From positions 1 through 34,215 of the forward strand of contig DATIPP010000128.1 of the NCBI GenBank assembly GCA_035471825.1: DNA of 34,215 nucleotides, given 5' to 3'. Both the position numbers and the translations under genes were made by a program. Position 1 is the stretch's first letter. Every line of letters starts with the position of its first letter. Shown here in pieces: positions 9,459 to 20,835 of this stretch. The notes beneath the pieces are model-generated. The model was not told the origin of the DNA. It saw only the letters and a list, made by a program, of their open reading frames with translations, and ran no database searches. Source of the stretch: Gammaproteobacteria bacterium. GTDB taxonomy: Bacteria > Pseudomonadota > Gammaproteobacteria > Eutrophobiales > Eutrophobiaceae.

Positions 9459-9829
9459 TTTTATCTGGAATTTGGCCGGAAAATTACACTCAAGCCCTAC
9501 AATTATAACGTACACGAAATAAAAATCCAGCTTTGGTGTTTACTTAACTAACTGATATAAATGATTATTTATTGAAATTACCCACTTAGGCCGAGATTTT
9601 AATATTTCGGGTTAGAAATATTCAATAATATTCATGGTCAGGAAATGCGATCGGCCCCGGTTTGATCGCATTTAGGCCAAAGTGTTATACCTAGAAAAAT
9701 AATTCAGGCCGGAGTGGATGATTAACCTCGTTTTTTTCCATCCGTCCCGGATACCGCCTTGATAAATATACGGCGGCCGAAGGGCTTTACCTGGATAAAA
9801 CCGAACTCAGTTCCCCGGGCACCGGTAAA

Positions 9830-9997
9830 ATGCTTAACTGGCTATCACAAAACAAGAACGAACTGGCGGATGTCGAAAAACACTGGCAGAAAAACGGCCT
9901 GTTCAGAAAGAAAAAGGAAATGAATAAAACATTGCTGCTGTTTGGCCTGTTTATTGGTAATCTGGCATTACTCGGTATGCTGTTTATCGTTGCCTGA
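9830..9997 (+). CDS. Possible 55-aa tail-anchored membrane protein (below the track cutoff)
   Basis: ATG 9830 to TGA 9997 encodes MLNWLSQNKNELADVEKHWQKNGLFRKKKEMNKTLLLFGLFIGNLALLGMLFIVA. The frame stays open upstream to 9722 without an ATG, and no clear SD is present. Confidence 0.25.
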   Translation: MLNWLSQNKNELADVEKHWQKNGLFRKKKEMNKTLLLFGLFIGNLALLGMLFIVA

Positions 9998-10057
9998 ATT
10001 AACTGTTACCTGCCGAATTACAGTGACGAAACAATGGATATATAAGGAGAGAGCAAG

Positions 10058-10351
10058 ATGAGATTATTTTTAGTGCTAATGGCGAGTATTCTGATAAGTG
10101 CCTGTGGTGATGATGGAGATACCTCCAAAATGGAAGGAACAAAAGCCGAGTCCATGGCTGAAACGGCAAAATCGGAAATGCAGGAAAGCATGAAGGTTGT
10201 CGACCACACCATGGATGAAATGGAGTTCAAACTGAAACGATCCATCAATGGCCTTGAAAGGATGATCGAACAATACAAGGAAGAAGGATTTGATTTTTCC
10301 GAGATGGAAAAGAAAAAGAAGGAACTGGAAAAGGAACTCGAAAACCTCTGA
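10058..10351 (+). CDS. Small lipoprotein, Glu/Lys-rich
   Basis: 97 aa with the SD aaggagag upstream and the lipobox LISA|C. A strong terminator follows. Confidence 0.6.
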   Translation: MRLFLVLMASILISACGDDGDTSKMEGTKAESMAETAKSEMQESMKVVDHTMDEMEFKLKRSINGLERMIEQYKEEGFDFSEMEKKKKELEKELENL

Positions 10352-10368
10352 ACATCCCTCCGTAACAA

Positions 10369-10406
10369 TCCCCGGTTACCGGAAACGGTGCCGGGGAATA
10401 TTTTTC
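10369..10406 (+). terminator. Rho-independent terminator
   Basis: The stem pairs tccccgg (10369-10375) with ccgggga (10391-10397) and is followed by atattttt. Confidence 0.6.
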
Positions 10407-10704
10407 ATATCACAATTTATCCGGATCTGGAATGTGTAAATCACAGCATTTTTGCTTTGATTAACCAGGTGATTTCATATCCGTTGTATTGTTTGTTTCT
10501 TGATAATAATGGAAGAAATATGAAAACAAGTAACATCAAGCTTTCATGTCTGGTAATAAAATATTCAAACTTTTAACAATATTGGAGATGGTTCATTCAG
10601 TAACGGTGGACTGAATTTTCTTCACACCTGAGTTGCATAAAGATATCAGGATTATCAAGGCAGAAAGTCAGCAACATGAATTTCATCAGGTTTTTCGATA
10701 AGGC

Positions 10705-10718
10705 TTGATCTGGATCAT
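10705..10718 (+). promoter_or_regulatory. FNR/ANR/DNR-type box upstream of hemN
   Basis: TTGATctggATCAT matches the TTGAT-N4-ATCAA consensus at 9/10. TATAAG (10741-10746) lies exactly 22 nt downstream, and the ATG is at 10778. Confidence 0.65.
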
Positions 10719-10777
10719 GTGACAATCAGCCATTGGATGCTATAAGAACACCATCAGTCGGCATCAGGCATCATGAA

Positions 10778-12160
10778 ATGGCGTATTTTGACAAATCACT
10801 GATTGAAAAATACCAGGTCTCCTGCCCCCGGTATACTTCGTACCCGACTGCAAATCATTTTCATGAAAATTTTTCTGAAAATGATTATATAAGAATTGCC
10901 AGGCGTACGAATCAAGATTCGAATCCTTCGCCGTTGTCCCTGTATTTCCATATACCTTTTTGCAGACATATCTGTTTTTATTGTGCCTGCAATAAAATCG
11001 TAACCAATAATCACAAGAAGACGTTTCCTTACCTGTCTGCCATCCACCGTGAAATCGGGTTAAAGGCAAAACTCTTCGAAAAGGACAGGCAGGTAGACCA
11101 ACTGCACTGGGGAGGTGGCACTCCCACATATATTGATCACATACAAATGCGGGAATTAATGAAATGCACGAAAAAGCATTTCCAGTTACGTACTGATGAC
11201 AAAGGCGACTATTCACTGGAGATTGATCCACGTGAAGCAGGGGAAGGTACAATTGCATTGCTGCGCGGTCTCGGTTTCAACCGGTTAAGTCTGGGTGTAC
11301 AGGATTTCAATCCCACTGTCCAGAAAGCAATAAACAGAATACAAACTGTGGAAGAAACACATGACCTGGTCAAAGAAGCTGAAAGCGAAGGGTATCATTC
11401 GATCAACATCGACCTGATTTATGGCCTGCCGAACCAGACGATTGAAAGTTTTAAAGATACCCTGAATATTATAAAGGAAATGGATCCAGACAGGATTGCT
11501 GTCTACAACTATGCACATTTACCTGGATTTTTCAAATCACAACGCATGATCAGGGAAGATGATTTGCCTGGTTTTGAAGAAAAGATGGATATATTGCGTT
11601 TTACAATTAATTATCTGACAAATCACGGTTACATATATATTGGCATGGATCATTTTGCAAAACCAGATGATGAACTTTCAATTGCACAAAACAACAATAC
11701 CCTGCACAGGAACTTCCAGGGTTATTCAACTCATGTTGATTGCGATATTATCGGAATGGGAGTTTCTGCAATCAGCTGCGTGGGTAATTGCTACGCACAA
11801 AATACCTGCAAGCTGGATGATTATGTAAGGAATATCAGTATCGGTAAAATACCGGTTGTCCGTGGTGTTGAACTGAATATGGATGATCTCCTGCGCAGAG
11901 ACGTCATTTCAAAACTGATGTGTCATTATTATGTTAATTATTCGGAGATAAACGCAACCCACGGCATTGAATTCTGTGAATACTTCCAGGTTGAAATAAT
12001 GTCACTGGCGAAGATGGAACGGGACGGTCTTGTAGCTATTGGAGCCGACGAAATTAGAGTTACATCCAGGGGCAGGCTTTTGATCAGGAATATCTGCATG
12101 ATATTCGATAAATATCTTTGCCCTATGAACACTAACGGAAGGTTTTCCAGGGCAATATGA
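10778..12160 (+). CDS. hemN: Oxygen-independent coproporphyrinogen III dehydrogenase (radical SAM)
   Basis: The N-terminus (L..KY....PRYTSYPTA) aligns with the E. coli HemN start when the ATG at 10778 is used. The radical SAM cluster motif is CRHICFYC, followed by the GGGTP motif. The track ORF begins at an upstream TTG (10733). Confidence 0.9.
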   Translation: MAYFDKSLIEKYQVSCPRYTSYPTANHFHENFSENDYIRIARRTNQDSNPSPLSLYFHIPFCRHICFYCACNKIVTNNHKKTFPYLSAIHREIGLKAKLFEKDRQVDQLHWGGGTPTYIDHIQMRELMKCTKKHFQLRTDDKGDYSLEIDPREAGEGTIALLRGLGFNRLSLGVQDFNPTVQKAINRIQTVEETHDLVKEAESEGYHSINIDLIYGLPNQTIESFKDTLNIIKEMDPDRIAVYNYAHLPGFFKSQRMIREDDLPGFEEKMDILRFTINYLTNHGYIYIGMDHFAKPDDELSIAQNNNTLHRNFQGYSTHVDCDIIGMGVSAISCVGNCYAQNTCKLDDYVRNISIGKIPVVRGVELNMDDLLRRDVISKLMCHYYVNYSEINATHGIEFCEYFQVEIMSLAKMERDGLVAIGADEIRVTSRGRLLIRNICMIFDKYLCPMNTNGRFSRAI

Positions 12161-12226
12161 TTTATGGAAACTTTTTATAATCAGCTGGATAAATCATCTG
12201 ATAACCGCATTTTAAATGCGACATAT

Positions 12227-12240
12227 TTGACATAGATCAA
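12227..12240 (+). promoter_or_regulatory. FNR/DNR-type box of the nirS promoter
   Basis: TTGACatagATCAA matches at 9/10. TACACT (12263-12268) lies exactly 22 nt downstream, which is class II geometry. The nirS ATG is at 12302 with the SD gggag. Confidence 0.8.
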
Positions 12241-12277
12241 TGTCATAAACTGCCCGGGTCCATACACTTTTCAATGA

Positions 12278-14047
<1,770 letters not shown>

Positions 14048-14068
14048 TTTATACAATGCATAAGGCAT

Positions 14069-14422
14069 ATGCAGGTGCCAGTCGTTACCGGGGTATCCAA
14101 ACAGGGATTTTTTCCAGGAGCAATAGTTATGCTGGTGCTGGCGTTAATCAGCAGTTTTCCTGCCATGGCAGATATTACATTAATGAGACGGAATGAACTC
14201 CGTCACATGGTTGAACACGATTGCGGCTCCTGCCACGGACTGACCCGTAGAGGTGGCCTGGGACCACCACTTACCGAAAAGGTACTCGAAAACAGATCGC
14301 CTGAAGTTTTATTCAAAATTATACGGAACGGTGTTGAAGGCACCCCCATGCCGCCATGGAAAGGAATTTTAAATGATGAAGAAATCCGCTGGATAGTGAG
14401 CCTGCTTAAAGGCGGCATTTAA
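14069..14422 (+). CDS. nirC: Monohaem cytochrome c55X-like
   Basis: 117 aa with a signal peptide ending AMA/D, the haem site CGSCHG, and a downstream Met ligand (GTPMPPW). It sits between nirS and nirF as in Pseudomonas. The start could be 14069 or 14129. Confidence 0.75.
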   Translation: MQVPVVTGVSKQGFFPGAIVMLVLALISSFPAMADITLMRRNELRHMVEHDCGSCHGLTRRGGLGPPLTEKVLENRSPEVLFKIIRNGVEGTPMPPWKGILNDEEIRWIVSLLKGGI

Positions 14423-14434
14423 AGGGAATTTTGA

Positions 14435-15616
14435 ATGAAAAATATCCCGATCAAGATACTCATTTCCCTTTCCGTGTTTACGGTTGTTTCAGCATATCCC
14501 GTTACTCCAACAACAAATCGTGGAATCATCATAGAACGGGCAACCGGCAGCATTAAACTGGTTGACACTGCCAGACGTATACACCTGGCTGATGTTGATG
14601 GCATGGGTGATCTTTCCCATGCCTCGGCTGTTTTTTCCCGAGATGAACAACACGCATATGTTTTCGGGCGCGATGGCGGCTTGACCAAGATTGATTTACA
14701 TACCTGCAAAATCGAGAAACGTATCAGGCAGGCCGGCAACAGTATTGGTGGCGCCATATCCCGTGACGGCAAGTTCGTTGCCGCATCCAATTATGAGCCT
14801 GGTGGCATCAGGATATTCAAAGCAGATACGCTGGAACCGGTTGTAGATATTCCGGCCGTTTATGGTGATGAAGAAAACCCTGAATATTCAAGAGTAGTCG
14901 GGCTAGTTGACGCACCGGGTCAGCGTTTCATTGCCAGCCTGTATGATGCCGGTGAAATCTGGGTCATTGATCTTGATGATACGTGGCAACCGGAAATACG
15001 AAAATTCACAAATGTTGGCTTGCAACCCTATGATGCATTGATAACTCCTGATGGCCGCTATTACATAGCCGGACTGTATGGTGAAAACGGACTTGCTGTT
15101 CTTGATTTATACTACCTGGACCGCGGGGTCAGACGTGTACTTCAACATTATGGCAGGGATGAAGAGGAATTGCCGGTATACAAGATGCCGCATCTGGAAG
15201 GTTGGGCTGTTGCCGGTAATTATCTGTTTATACCCGCCGTTGGCCATCATGCCATACATGTCATCAATAAGAATAACTGGGAGGAGGTAACGCGTATATC
15301 AACCCATGGCCAGCCGGTTTTTGCAATTGCACGACCCGACGGCAGGCAGGTTTGGGTAAATTTTGCATTTCCTGACAACAACTATGTTGAAATTATCGAT
15401 GTAGAGAAACTTGCCGTTGTAAAGAAACTGGAACCAGGTAAAGCGGTATTACACATGGAATTCACCAAAGAAGGAGATGAAGTATGGATATCAGTTCGGG
15501 ATGAAGATCGTGTAAATATCTATAACACGATGACATTTGACAATATTGGTCTGGTGGAAGCTGACAAGCCTAGCGGTATATTTTTTTCCAGCAGGGCACA
15601 CAAGATCGGTCTGTAG
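14435..15616 (+). CDS. nirF: Haem d1 biosynthesis protein NirF (cd1-like propeller without haem c)
   Basis: 393 aa with a signal peptide and a beta-propeller similar to the NirS/NirN C-terminal domains. It has no CXXCH motif, and its position is conserved. Confidence 0.85.
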   Translation: MKNIPIKILISLSVFTVVSAYPVTPTTNRGIIIERATGSIKLVDTARRIHLADVDGMGDLSHASAVFSRDEQHAYVFGRDGGLTKIDLHTCKIEKRIRQAGNSIGGAISRDGKFVAASNYEPGGIRIFKADTLEPVVDIPAVYGDEENPEYSRVVGLVDAPGQRFIASLYDAGEIWVIDLDDTWQPEIRKFTNVGLQPYDALITPDGRYYIAGLYGENGLAVLDLYYLDRGVRRVLQHYGRDEEELPVYKMPHLEGWAVAGNYLFIPAVGHHAIHVINKNNWEEVTRISTHGQPVFAIARPDGRQVWVNFAFPDNNYVEIIDVEKLAVVKKLEPGKAVLHMEFTKEGDEVWISVRDEDRVNIYNTMTFDNIGLVEADKPSGIFFSSRAHKIGL

Positions 15617-15627
15617 AAACCCTGTAA

Positions 15628-16134
15628 ATGGACAGAAAATCACAGAATAAGTTTCCAGATTCCAAGGCGCAGGATGATGAAGTCATATATCCATACCTGG
15701 AAGAATGCCTGTTAAATAATTACCAGAGAAATTTTCCGCTGGATAAAAGGCCGTTTGATAAAATCGCCAGTGATTTAAGTTGCGATCCGGTTCAATTGCT
15801 GAGTACATTGAAAAAGCTTCAGGAGGAGGGGACAGTCAGCCGTATAGGCCCGGTATTCAGGCCTAACACGATTAACAAAAGTTTGCTTGCTGCTATGAAA
15901 GTTCCTGAAGGCAAGCTTCTTGAAATTGCAGAAATAATCAATGGATATGAAGAGGTGAATCATAATTATGAGAGGGAACATCATTTCAATTTATGGTTTG
16001 TTGTTCATGGACCGGATGAAAATCATATAAATAATGTGCTTGACGAAATAGAGGAACGCACAGGAATAATGTTGATCAGGTTGCCGATTCTGGATGCCTA
16101 TCATATTGACCTGGGGTTTGATTTACGATGCTGA
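15628..16134 (+). CDS. nirD: Sirohaem decarboxylase subunit (AsnC/Lrp-like)
   Basis: 168 aa and the first of four paralogous AsnC-like ORFs, with the motif HNYER.H.FN.WFV. Name assigned by order (D-L-G-H). Confidence 0.8.
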   Translation: MDRKSQNKFPDSKAQDDEVIYPYLEECLLNNYQRNFPLDKRPFDKIASDLSCDPVQLLSTLKKLQEEGTVSRIGPVFRPNTINKSLLAAMKVPEGKLLEIAEIINGYEEVNHNYEREHHFNLWFVVHGPDENHINNVLDEIEERTGIMLIRLPILDAYHIDLGFDLRC

Positions 16135-16664
16135 CGATTATTGATCATTCCAGCGCCAAAATGGCTCCTGAAAAGAGGGTTTTTTCAGACAGTCATCTTA
16201 TTTCATTAATTCAGCTGGGATTGCCATTAACAGAAAGACCTTACCTGGAAATTGCCAGGAAACTTGGTGTCAGTGAACATCAGGTCATAACACGTATCAG
16301 CAATATGATAGAAACGGGATTGATTAAAAGATTAGGAATAATAGTGAGGCACCATGAACTGGGTTACAGGGCCAATGCCATGATCGTATGGAATATTCCT
16401 GATGACAGCGTCCATAAAGTTGCCGATCTCATGAAAGAATATCCGTTTGTAACCCTTTGTTACCGCAGGCCCAGGAGACTGCCGGATTGGCCATATAATC
16501 TGTTTTGCATGATCCATGGCAGGGACAGGGAGGGTGTAATAAGTCTTCTTGAGGATATGATAGCGGTAAATAACTGGCAGGATTATCCATATGATGTTTT
16601 GTTCAGTAAACGCCGGTTCAAACAACGTGGCGCCAGTGTTCGAAAAGTCCGGGTAGTGTTTTGA
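16128..16664 (+). CDS. nirL: Sirohaem decarboxylase subunit
   Basis: 178 aa paralogue with the motifs G.I.R.G..V.H..LGY.AN.M.VW and CY.R.R..P.WPYNLF.M.HG. It overlaps its neighbours. Confidence 0.8.
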   Translation: MLTIIDHSSAKMAPEKRVFSDSHLISLIQLGLPLTERPYLEIARKLGVSEHQVITRISNMIETGLIKRLGIIVRHHELGYRANAMIVWNIPDDSVHKVADLMKEYPFVTLCYRRPRRLPDWPYNLFCMIHGRDREGVISLLEDMIAVNNWQDYPYDVLFSKRRFKQRGASVRKVRVVF

Positions 16665-17110
16665 TCATGAATATCACGGATAAACAGATAATCAATTATC
16701 TTCAGTCCGGCTTTCCGGTTTGTGAACATCCTTTCGCGGTCATTTCTGAAAAGCTCGGTTTGACGGAGTCGGAATTGATAAGCCGTATACAGTTATTGCT
16801 CGACAAAGGTATATTGAGCAGGTTTGGCCCCATGTTTAATGTTGAAAAGATTGGTGGTATGTACAGTCTGGTTGCAATGCAGGTTCCTGTTGCCGATATG
16901 GAGCGAGTAACAGCAATAATCAATCAGCATCCCCAGGTTGCACATAATTATGAACGCGACCACAAATTCAATATATGGTTCGTTGTTGCCCTTGAAGCCG
17001 GTAAAAAATTGTCAACACTGCTGGAAACGATTGAAGATCAAACCGGGTATTTAACCTATAACATGCCCAAACTTGATGAATATTATGTGGGATTGAAATT
17101 CAATGCCTGA
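16661..17110 (+). CDS. nirG: Sirohaem decarboxylase subunit
   Basis: 149 aa NirD-like paralogue with HNYERDHKFNIWFVV. Confidence 0.8.
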   Translation: MIMNITDKQIINYLQSGFPVCEHPFAVISEKLGLTESELISRIQLLLDKGILSRFGPMFNVEKIGGMYSLVAMQVPVADMERVTAIINQHPQVAHNYERDHKFNIWFVVALEAGKKLSTLLETIEDQTGYLTYNMPKLDEYYVGLKFNA

Positions 17111-17588
17111 AATTCTGAAGAATGACGGTATCGACAGGTTGATTATAAAGTCCACGCAGGAAGGTCTGCCGGTTACTGCACGTCCGTACCACGTTATAGC
17201 GGAACGGATCGGAGTTGATGTTTGCACAGTAATGCAGCGGATAAATACAATGCAGGAAGCCGGAATAATTCGCCGAATCGGTGTCGTGCCCAATCATTAC
17301 AAGTTGGGGTACCGTGCAAACGGCATGACAGTCTGGGATATTGTGGATGAACGAATCTCGGAACTGGGACAGGAAGTTGGTGAGCTGGATTTTGTCAGCC
17401 ATTGCTACCGGAGGCCAAGACACCTGCCGGAATGGCCTTACAATCTGTTTGCCATGGTCCACGGGTACAACAGGAATACAACTGAACAATATATCGATTA
17501 TATCAGGGAAATTCTGGGGGATGCGGTCCGGAGTTATGATGTATTGTACAGCACGCGATTGCTCAAAAAATCCGGTTTGAGAATTTAA
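17103..17588 (+). CDS. nirH: Sirohaem decarboxylase subunit
   Basis: 161 aa NirL-like paralogue with HCYRRPRHLPEWPYNLFAMVHG. Confidence 0.8.
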   Translation: MPEILKNDGIDRLIIKSTQEGLPVTARPYHVIAERIGVDVCTVMQRINTMQEAGIIRRIGVVPNHYKLGYRANGMTVWDIVDERISELGQEVGELDFVSHCYRRPRHLPEWPYNLFAMVHGYNRNTTEQYIDYIREILGDAVRSYDVLYSTRLLKKSGLRI

Positions 17589-17622
17589 GTTGATCGTTAA
17601 TTAAAAAAAGAAAACAGGCAAG

Positions 17623-18813
17623 ATGTTCAGAATTTCACAATACATGAAGGAAATAAAAAATCCCCTATCGCCACGGGATGCATCAAGGTCTTCCGGGCCT
17701 GTTGTAATATGGAATTTAATTCGTCGCTGTAATCTTGCCTGCAAGCATTGTTATTCCATTTCGGCAGATCATGATTTTCCTGGAGAATTGTCCCTCGCGG
17801 AAATCCATACAGTCCTGGATGATTTGAAAACTTTTGGTGTCCCGGTACTCATCCTGTCAGGTGGTGAACCGCTTCTGCATCCCCATATTTTCGATATTAC
17901 GAGAAGGGCGAAGAAGATGGGTTTTTATGTCGGCTTGTCTACCAACGGGACAATGATAAGTGAGGACAATATCGGGGAGATCGCCGATATTGATTTTGAC
18001 TATGTCGGAATCAGTATCGACGGTCTGATGGAAACACATGACCATTTCCGGAGGAAGGCGGGTGCATTCGATGCATCAATAAAAGCGGTTCATTTGTGCA
18101 GGAATAACGGCATAAAGGTGGGGTTGAGGTTTACAATGACCCTGGATAATTACAATGAATTACCCGATCTTCTTGCCCTTATGGACACGGAGGACGTTAA
18201 TAAATTTTATTTGTCACATCTGAATTATGCAGGGCGCGGTAACCGTAATCGCAAGGACGATGTTACCCATATAATCACAAGAAAATCACTTGATATATTA
18301 TTCGAAAAATGCTGGCAGGATATAAATGAAGGAAGAAATCGTGAATATGTATCGGGTAACAATGACGCGGATGGCGTTTATTTCCTGCACTGGGTAAGAA
18401 AATACTTTCCCGAGAGGGAGGATTATTTCCGGGAGAGGCTGGAGCAATGGGGTGGTAACAGTTCAGGAGTGAATATTGCAAACATTGATAATCTGGGGAA
18501 TGTTCACCCGGATACTTTCTGGTGGCACTATAACCTGGGTAATGTGAAGGATCGTCCATTCTCTGAAATATGGAAGGATACCAGCGATCCGATTATGGCC
18601 GGTCTGAAACGCAGACCAAGAAAAATAGGCGGTCGATGCGGGAAGTGTTGCTTTTTTAATATCTGCGGAGGAAATACAAGGATCAGGGCATTACAGATGA
18701 CCGGAGATCCATGGGCGGAAGATCCGGCCTGTTATCTTACAGATAGTGAAATTGGCATAGATGACAGTAAAATCAGCTATGCCGCTCGCGGTGTTAATGC
18801 AGCAATTGTTTAG
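17623..18813 (+). CDS. nirJ: Radical SAM haem d1 biosynthesis enzyme
   Basis: 396 aa with the radical SAM motif CNLACKHC and GGEPLL. A C-terminal auxiliary Cys cluster (CGKCCFFNICGG) indicates a SPASM-type domain. Confidence 0.9.
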   Translation: MFRISQYMKEIKNPLSPRDASRSSGPVVIWNLIRRCNLACKHCYSISADHDFPGELSLAEIHTVLDDLKTFGVPVLILSGGEPLLHPHIFDITRRAKKMGFYVGLSTNGTMISEDNIGEIADIDFDYVGISIDGLMETHDHFRRKAGAFDASIKAVHLCRNNGIKVGLRFTMTLDNYNELPDLLALMDTEDVNKFYLSHLNYAGRGNRNRKDDVTHIITRKSLDILFEKCWQDINEGRNREYVSGNNDADGVYFLHWVRKYFPEREDYFRERLEQWGGNSSGVNIANIDNLGNVHPDTFWWHYNLGNVKDRPFSEIWKDTSDPIMAGLKRRPRKIGGRCGKCCFFNICGGNTRIRALQMTGDPWAEDPACYLTDSEIGIDDSKISYAARGVNAAIV

Positions 18814-20368
18814 AAATATATCACCCCTGGTCCTTTTTCTGATCCTGACAGCAGTTAGCAGGATTTGTCTTGCCGAACCGAAAACACAGGCAGACAGTTT
18901 GTATCAACAGCACTGCGCTGCCTGTCATGGTAGGGATCGCCTTGGCGGAACAGGGCCTGCATTATTGCCGGAGAATCTCGCCCGCCTGAAAAAAGCAGCG
19001 GCCCATGATTCCATCAGTAATGGACTGGCTGCGACACAGATGCCGGCTTTCCAGGATCAGCTCAATGATAAACAAATCGGATTGCTGGTTGACTATATTT
19101 ATACACCACTGACCAATGCGCCAGCCTGGTATATAGAGGAAATAGAAAACACACATATTGTCAAATACTGGGACGATTTATCCAGTGATAAACCGCTGTT
19201 TGATGCCGATCCGTTGAACCTGTTTATTGTTGTTGAGAAAGGTGACCACCATGTATCAATACTGGACGGGGATCGACTCGAACCAATACACAGGTTCAAG
19301 ACACGACGGGCATTACATGGTGGTCCGAAGTATTCACCTGACGGACGGTATGTTTATTTTGCTTCCAGAGACGGGTGGGTATCAAAGTATGATCTGTATA
19401 ACCTGAAATATATTGCTGAAATCAGGGTCGGTATAAATACCCGCAATATTGCTGTTTCGAATGATGGCAAATATGTACTTGCCGGTAATTATCTCCCGCA
19501 TACACTTGTAATCCTTGATGCAGGGAAACTGTCACCGATAAAAGTCATTCCGGTTGAAGACGAATCAGGCAAAAGCTCGCGTGTCAGTGCAGTTTATGAT
19601 GCTCCCCCGAGAGGGAGTTTTATCATTGCATTGAAGGATATTCCCGAAATATGGGAAATTTATTATGATGAAAATCAGGAACCTCTCTATACCGGCATGG
19701 TGCATGATTACCGTTACCAGGAAGGAATAGCAACAGATACACCGTTTCCGGTCCGTCGTATACGTCTTGATGATTACCTGGACGATTTCTTCTTTGATGC
19801 AGGATACAACAATCTTGTCGGAGCGGCACGAAACGCGAAAAACGGCCAGGTTGTCAGTCTGATCGTCGGCAGAAAGATTGCCGAGCTTGAACTTTCGGGA
19901 CTGCCTCATCTCGGTTCAGGTATTACCTGGGAATACCAGGGTAAAACAATACTGGCAACTCCAAATATCAAGAAGGGCCTGATAAGCATCATCGATCAAT
20001 CAAACTGGAAAGTCATCAAGGAGATTAAAACATTGGGACCGGGATTTTTCATGCGTTCGCATGAAAATTCACCTTATGGATGGGTTGATGTATTTTTTGG
20101 CCCGGATAAGGATGCTGTTCATGTTATTGATAAAGCCACGCTGGAAATAGTTGCGACACTAAGGCCCGCACCGGGAAAGACATCGGGTCATGTTGAATTC
20201 ACAAGGGATGGAAAATATGCCTTGCTGAGCATCTGGGAGAATGATGGTGCACTCGTTGTTTATGATTCCAGTACCCTGGACGAGGTGAAAAGGATTTCCA
20301 TGAACAAGCCTTCCGGTAAATATAACGTCTATAACAAGATCCATGGATCAAGTGGCACCAGTCACTGA
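18761..20368 (+). CDS. nirN: Dihydro-haem d1 dehydrogenase, cd1-like cytochrome
   Basis: It has a signal peptide, the haem c site CAACHG and a cd1-type propeller, and it is the last gene of the cluster. The start is ambiguous between ATG at 18761, 18779 and 18800, all of which overlap the nirJ 3' end. Confidence 0.85.
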   Translation: MTVKSAMPLAVLMQQLFRNISPLVLFLILTAVSRICLAEPKTQADSLYQQHCAACHGRDRLGGTGPALLPENLARLKKAAAHDSISNGLAATQMPAFQDQLNDKQIGLLVDYIYTPLTNAPAWYIEEIENTHIVKYWDDLSSDKPLFDADPLNLFIVVEKGDHHVSILDGDRLEPIHRFKTRRALHGGPKYSPDGRYVYFASRDGWVSKYDLYNLKYIAEIRVGINTRNIAVSNDGKYVLAGNYLPHTLVILDAGKLSPIKVIPVEDESGKSSRVSAVYDAPPRGSFIIALKDIPEIWEIYYDENQEPLYTGMVHDYRYQEGIATDTPFPVRRIRLDDYLDDFFFDAGYNNLVGAARNAKNGQVVSLIVGRKIAELELSGLPHLGSGITWEYQGKTILATPNIKKGLISIIDQSNWKVIKEIKTLGPGFFMRSHENSPYGWVDVFFGPDKDAVHVIDKATLEIVATLRPAPGKTSGHVEFTRDGKYALLSIWENDGALVVYDSSTLDEVKRISMNKPSGKYNVYNKIHGSSGTSH

Positions 20369-20457
20369 TCCCCCCGCTGCTTGAATATGTCCCAACTCCC
20401 GTGCGGTAATCAGTGATCCTGCCAGGATAAAAGGCCTGTTTTCTGAATAAATCCTGT

Positions 20458-20763
20458 CTACAGGCTGCTGAAATATGCTGCCAGATCGTTGATATCTTCA
20501 TCCGTGAGATTTGCCGCCATGGGCGACATCATTGGGTCAGATCGTGACCCTTCCCGAAAGGCCTTGAGTTGCTTGACGAGATAACCGAATTTCTGGCCCG
20601 CCAGGTTCGGCCACAAGTCATTCGGGCTGATCCCGTCCGCCCCGTGGCAGGCTGCGCAGTTTGACGATTTTTCCTTGCCGGCTGCCGCATCTCCCTCCGC
20701 AAACGCCATGGACAGGAATCCCGATAAAATGACTGTTAATAATATTTTATGCATATTTTTCAT
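20458..20763 (-). CDS. Periplasmic class I monohaem cytochrome c
   Basis: 101 aa with a signal peptide ending AFA/E, the haem site CAACHG and the Met-ligand region MMSPM. It is the last gene of the oxidase-like operon. Confidence 0.8.
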   Translation of the reverse strand: MKNMHKILLTVILSGFLSMAFAEGDAAAGKEKSSNCAACHGADGISPNDLWPNLAGQKFGYLVKQLKAFREGSRSDPMMSPMAANLTDEDINDLAAYFSSL

Positions 20764-20835
20764 TGTGCTTTCCTCCTCCTGGTGTTTATTTCGAACAAAA
20801 AAAACATCTGATGTAATGAAAATTCAATAGCCAGA

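Noticed and set aside
10388-10576. A 62-aa ORF in the AT-rich hemN upstream region
   Set aside because: It has a non-ATG start, no RBS and composition typical of AT-rich intergenic DNA. It begins inside the terminator hairpin of the upstream gene.
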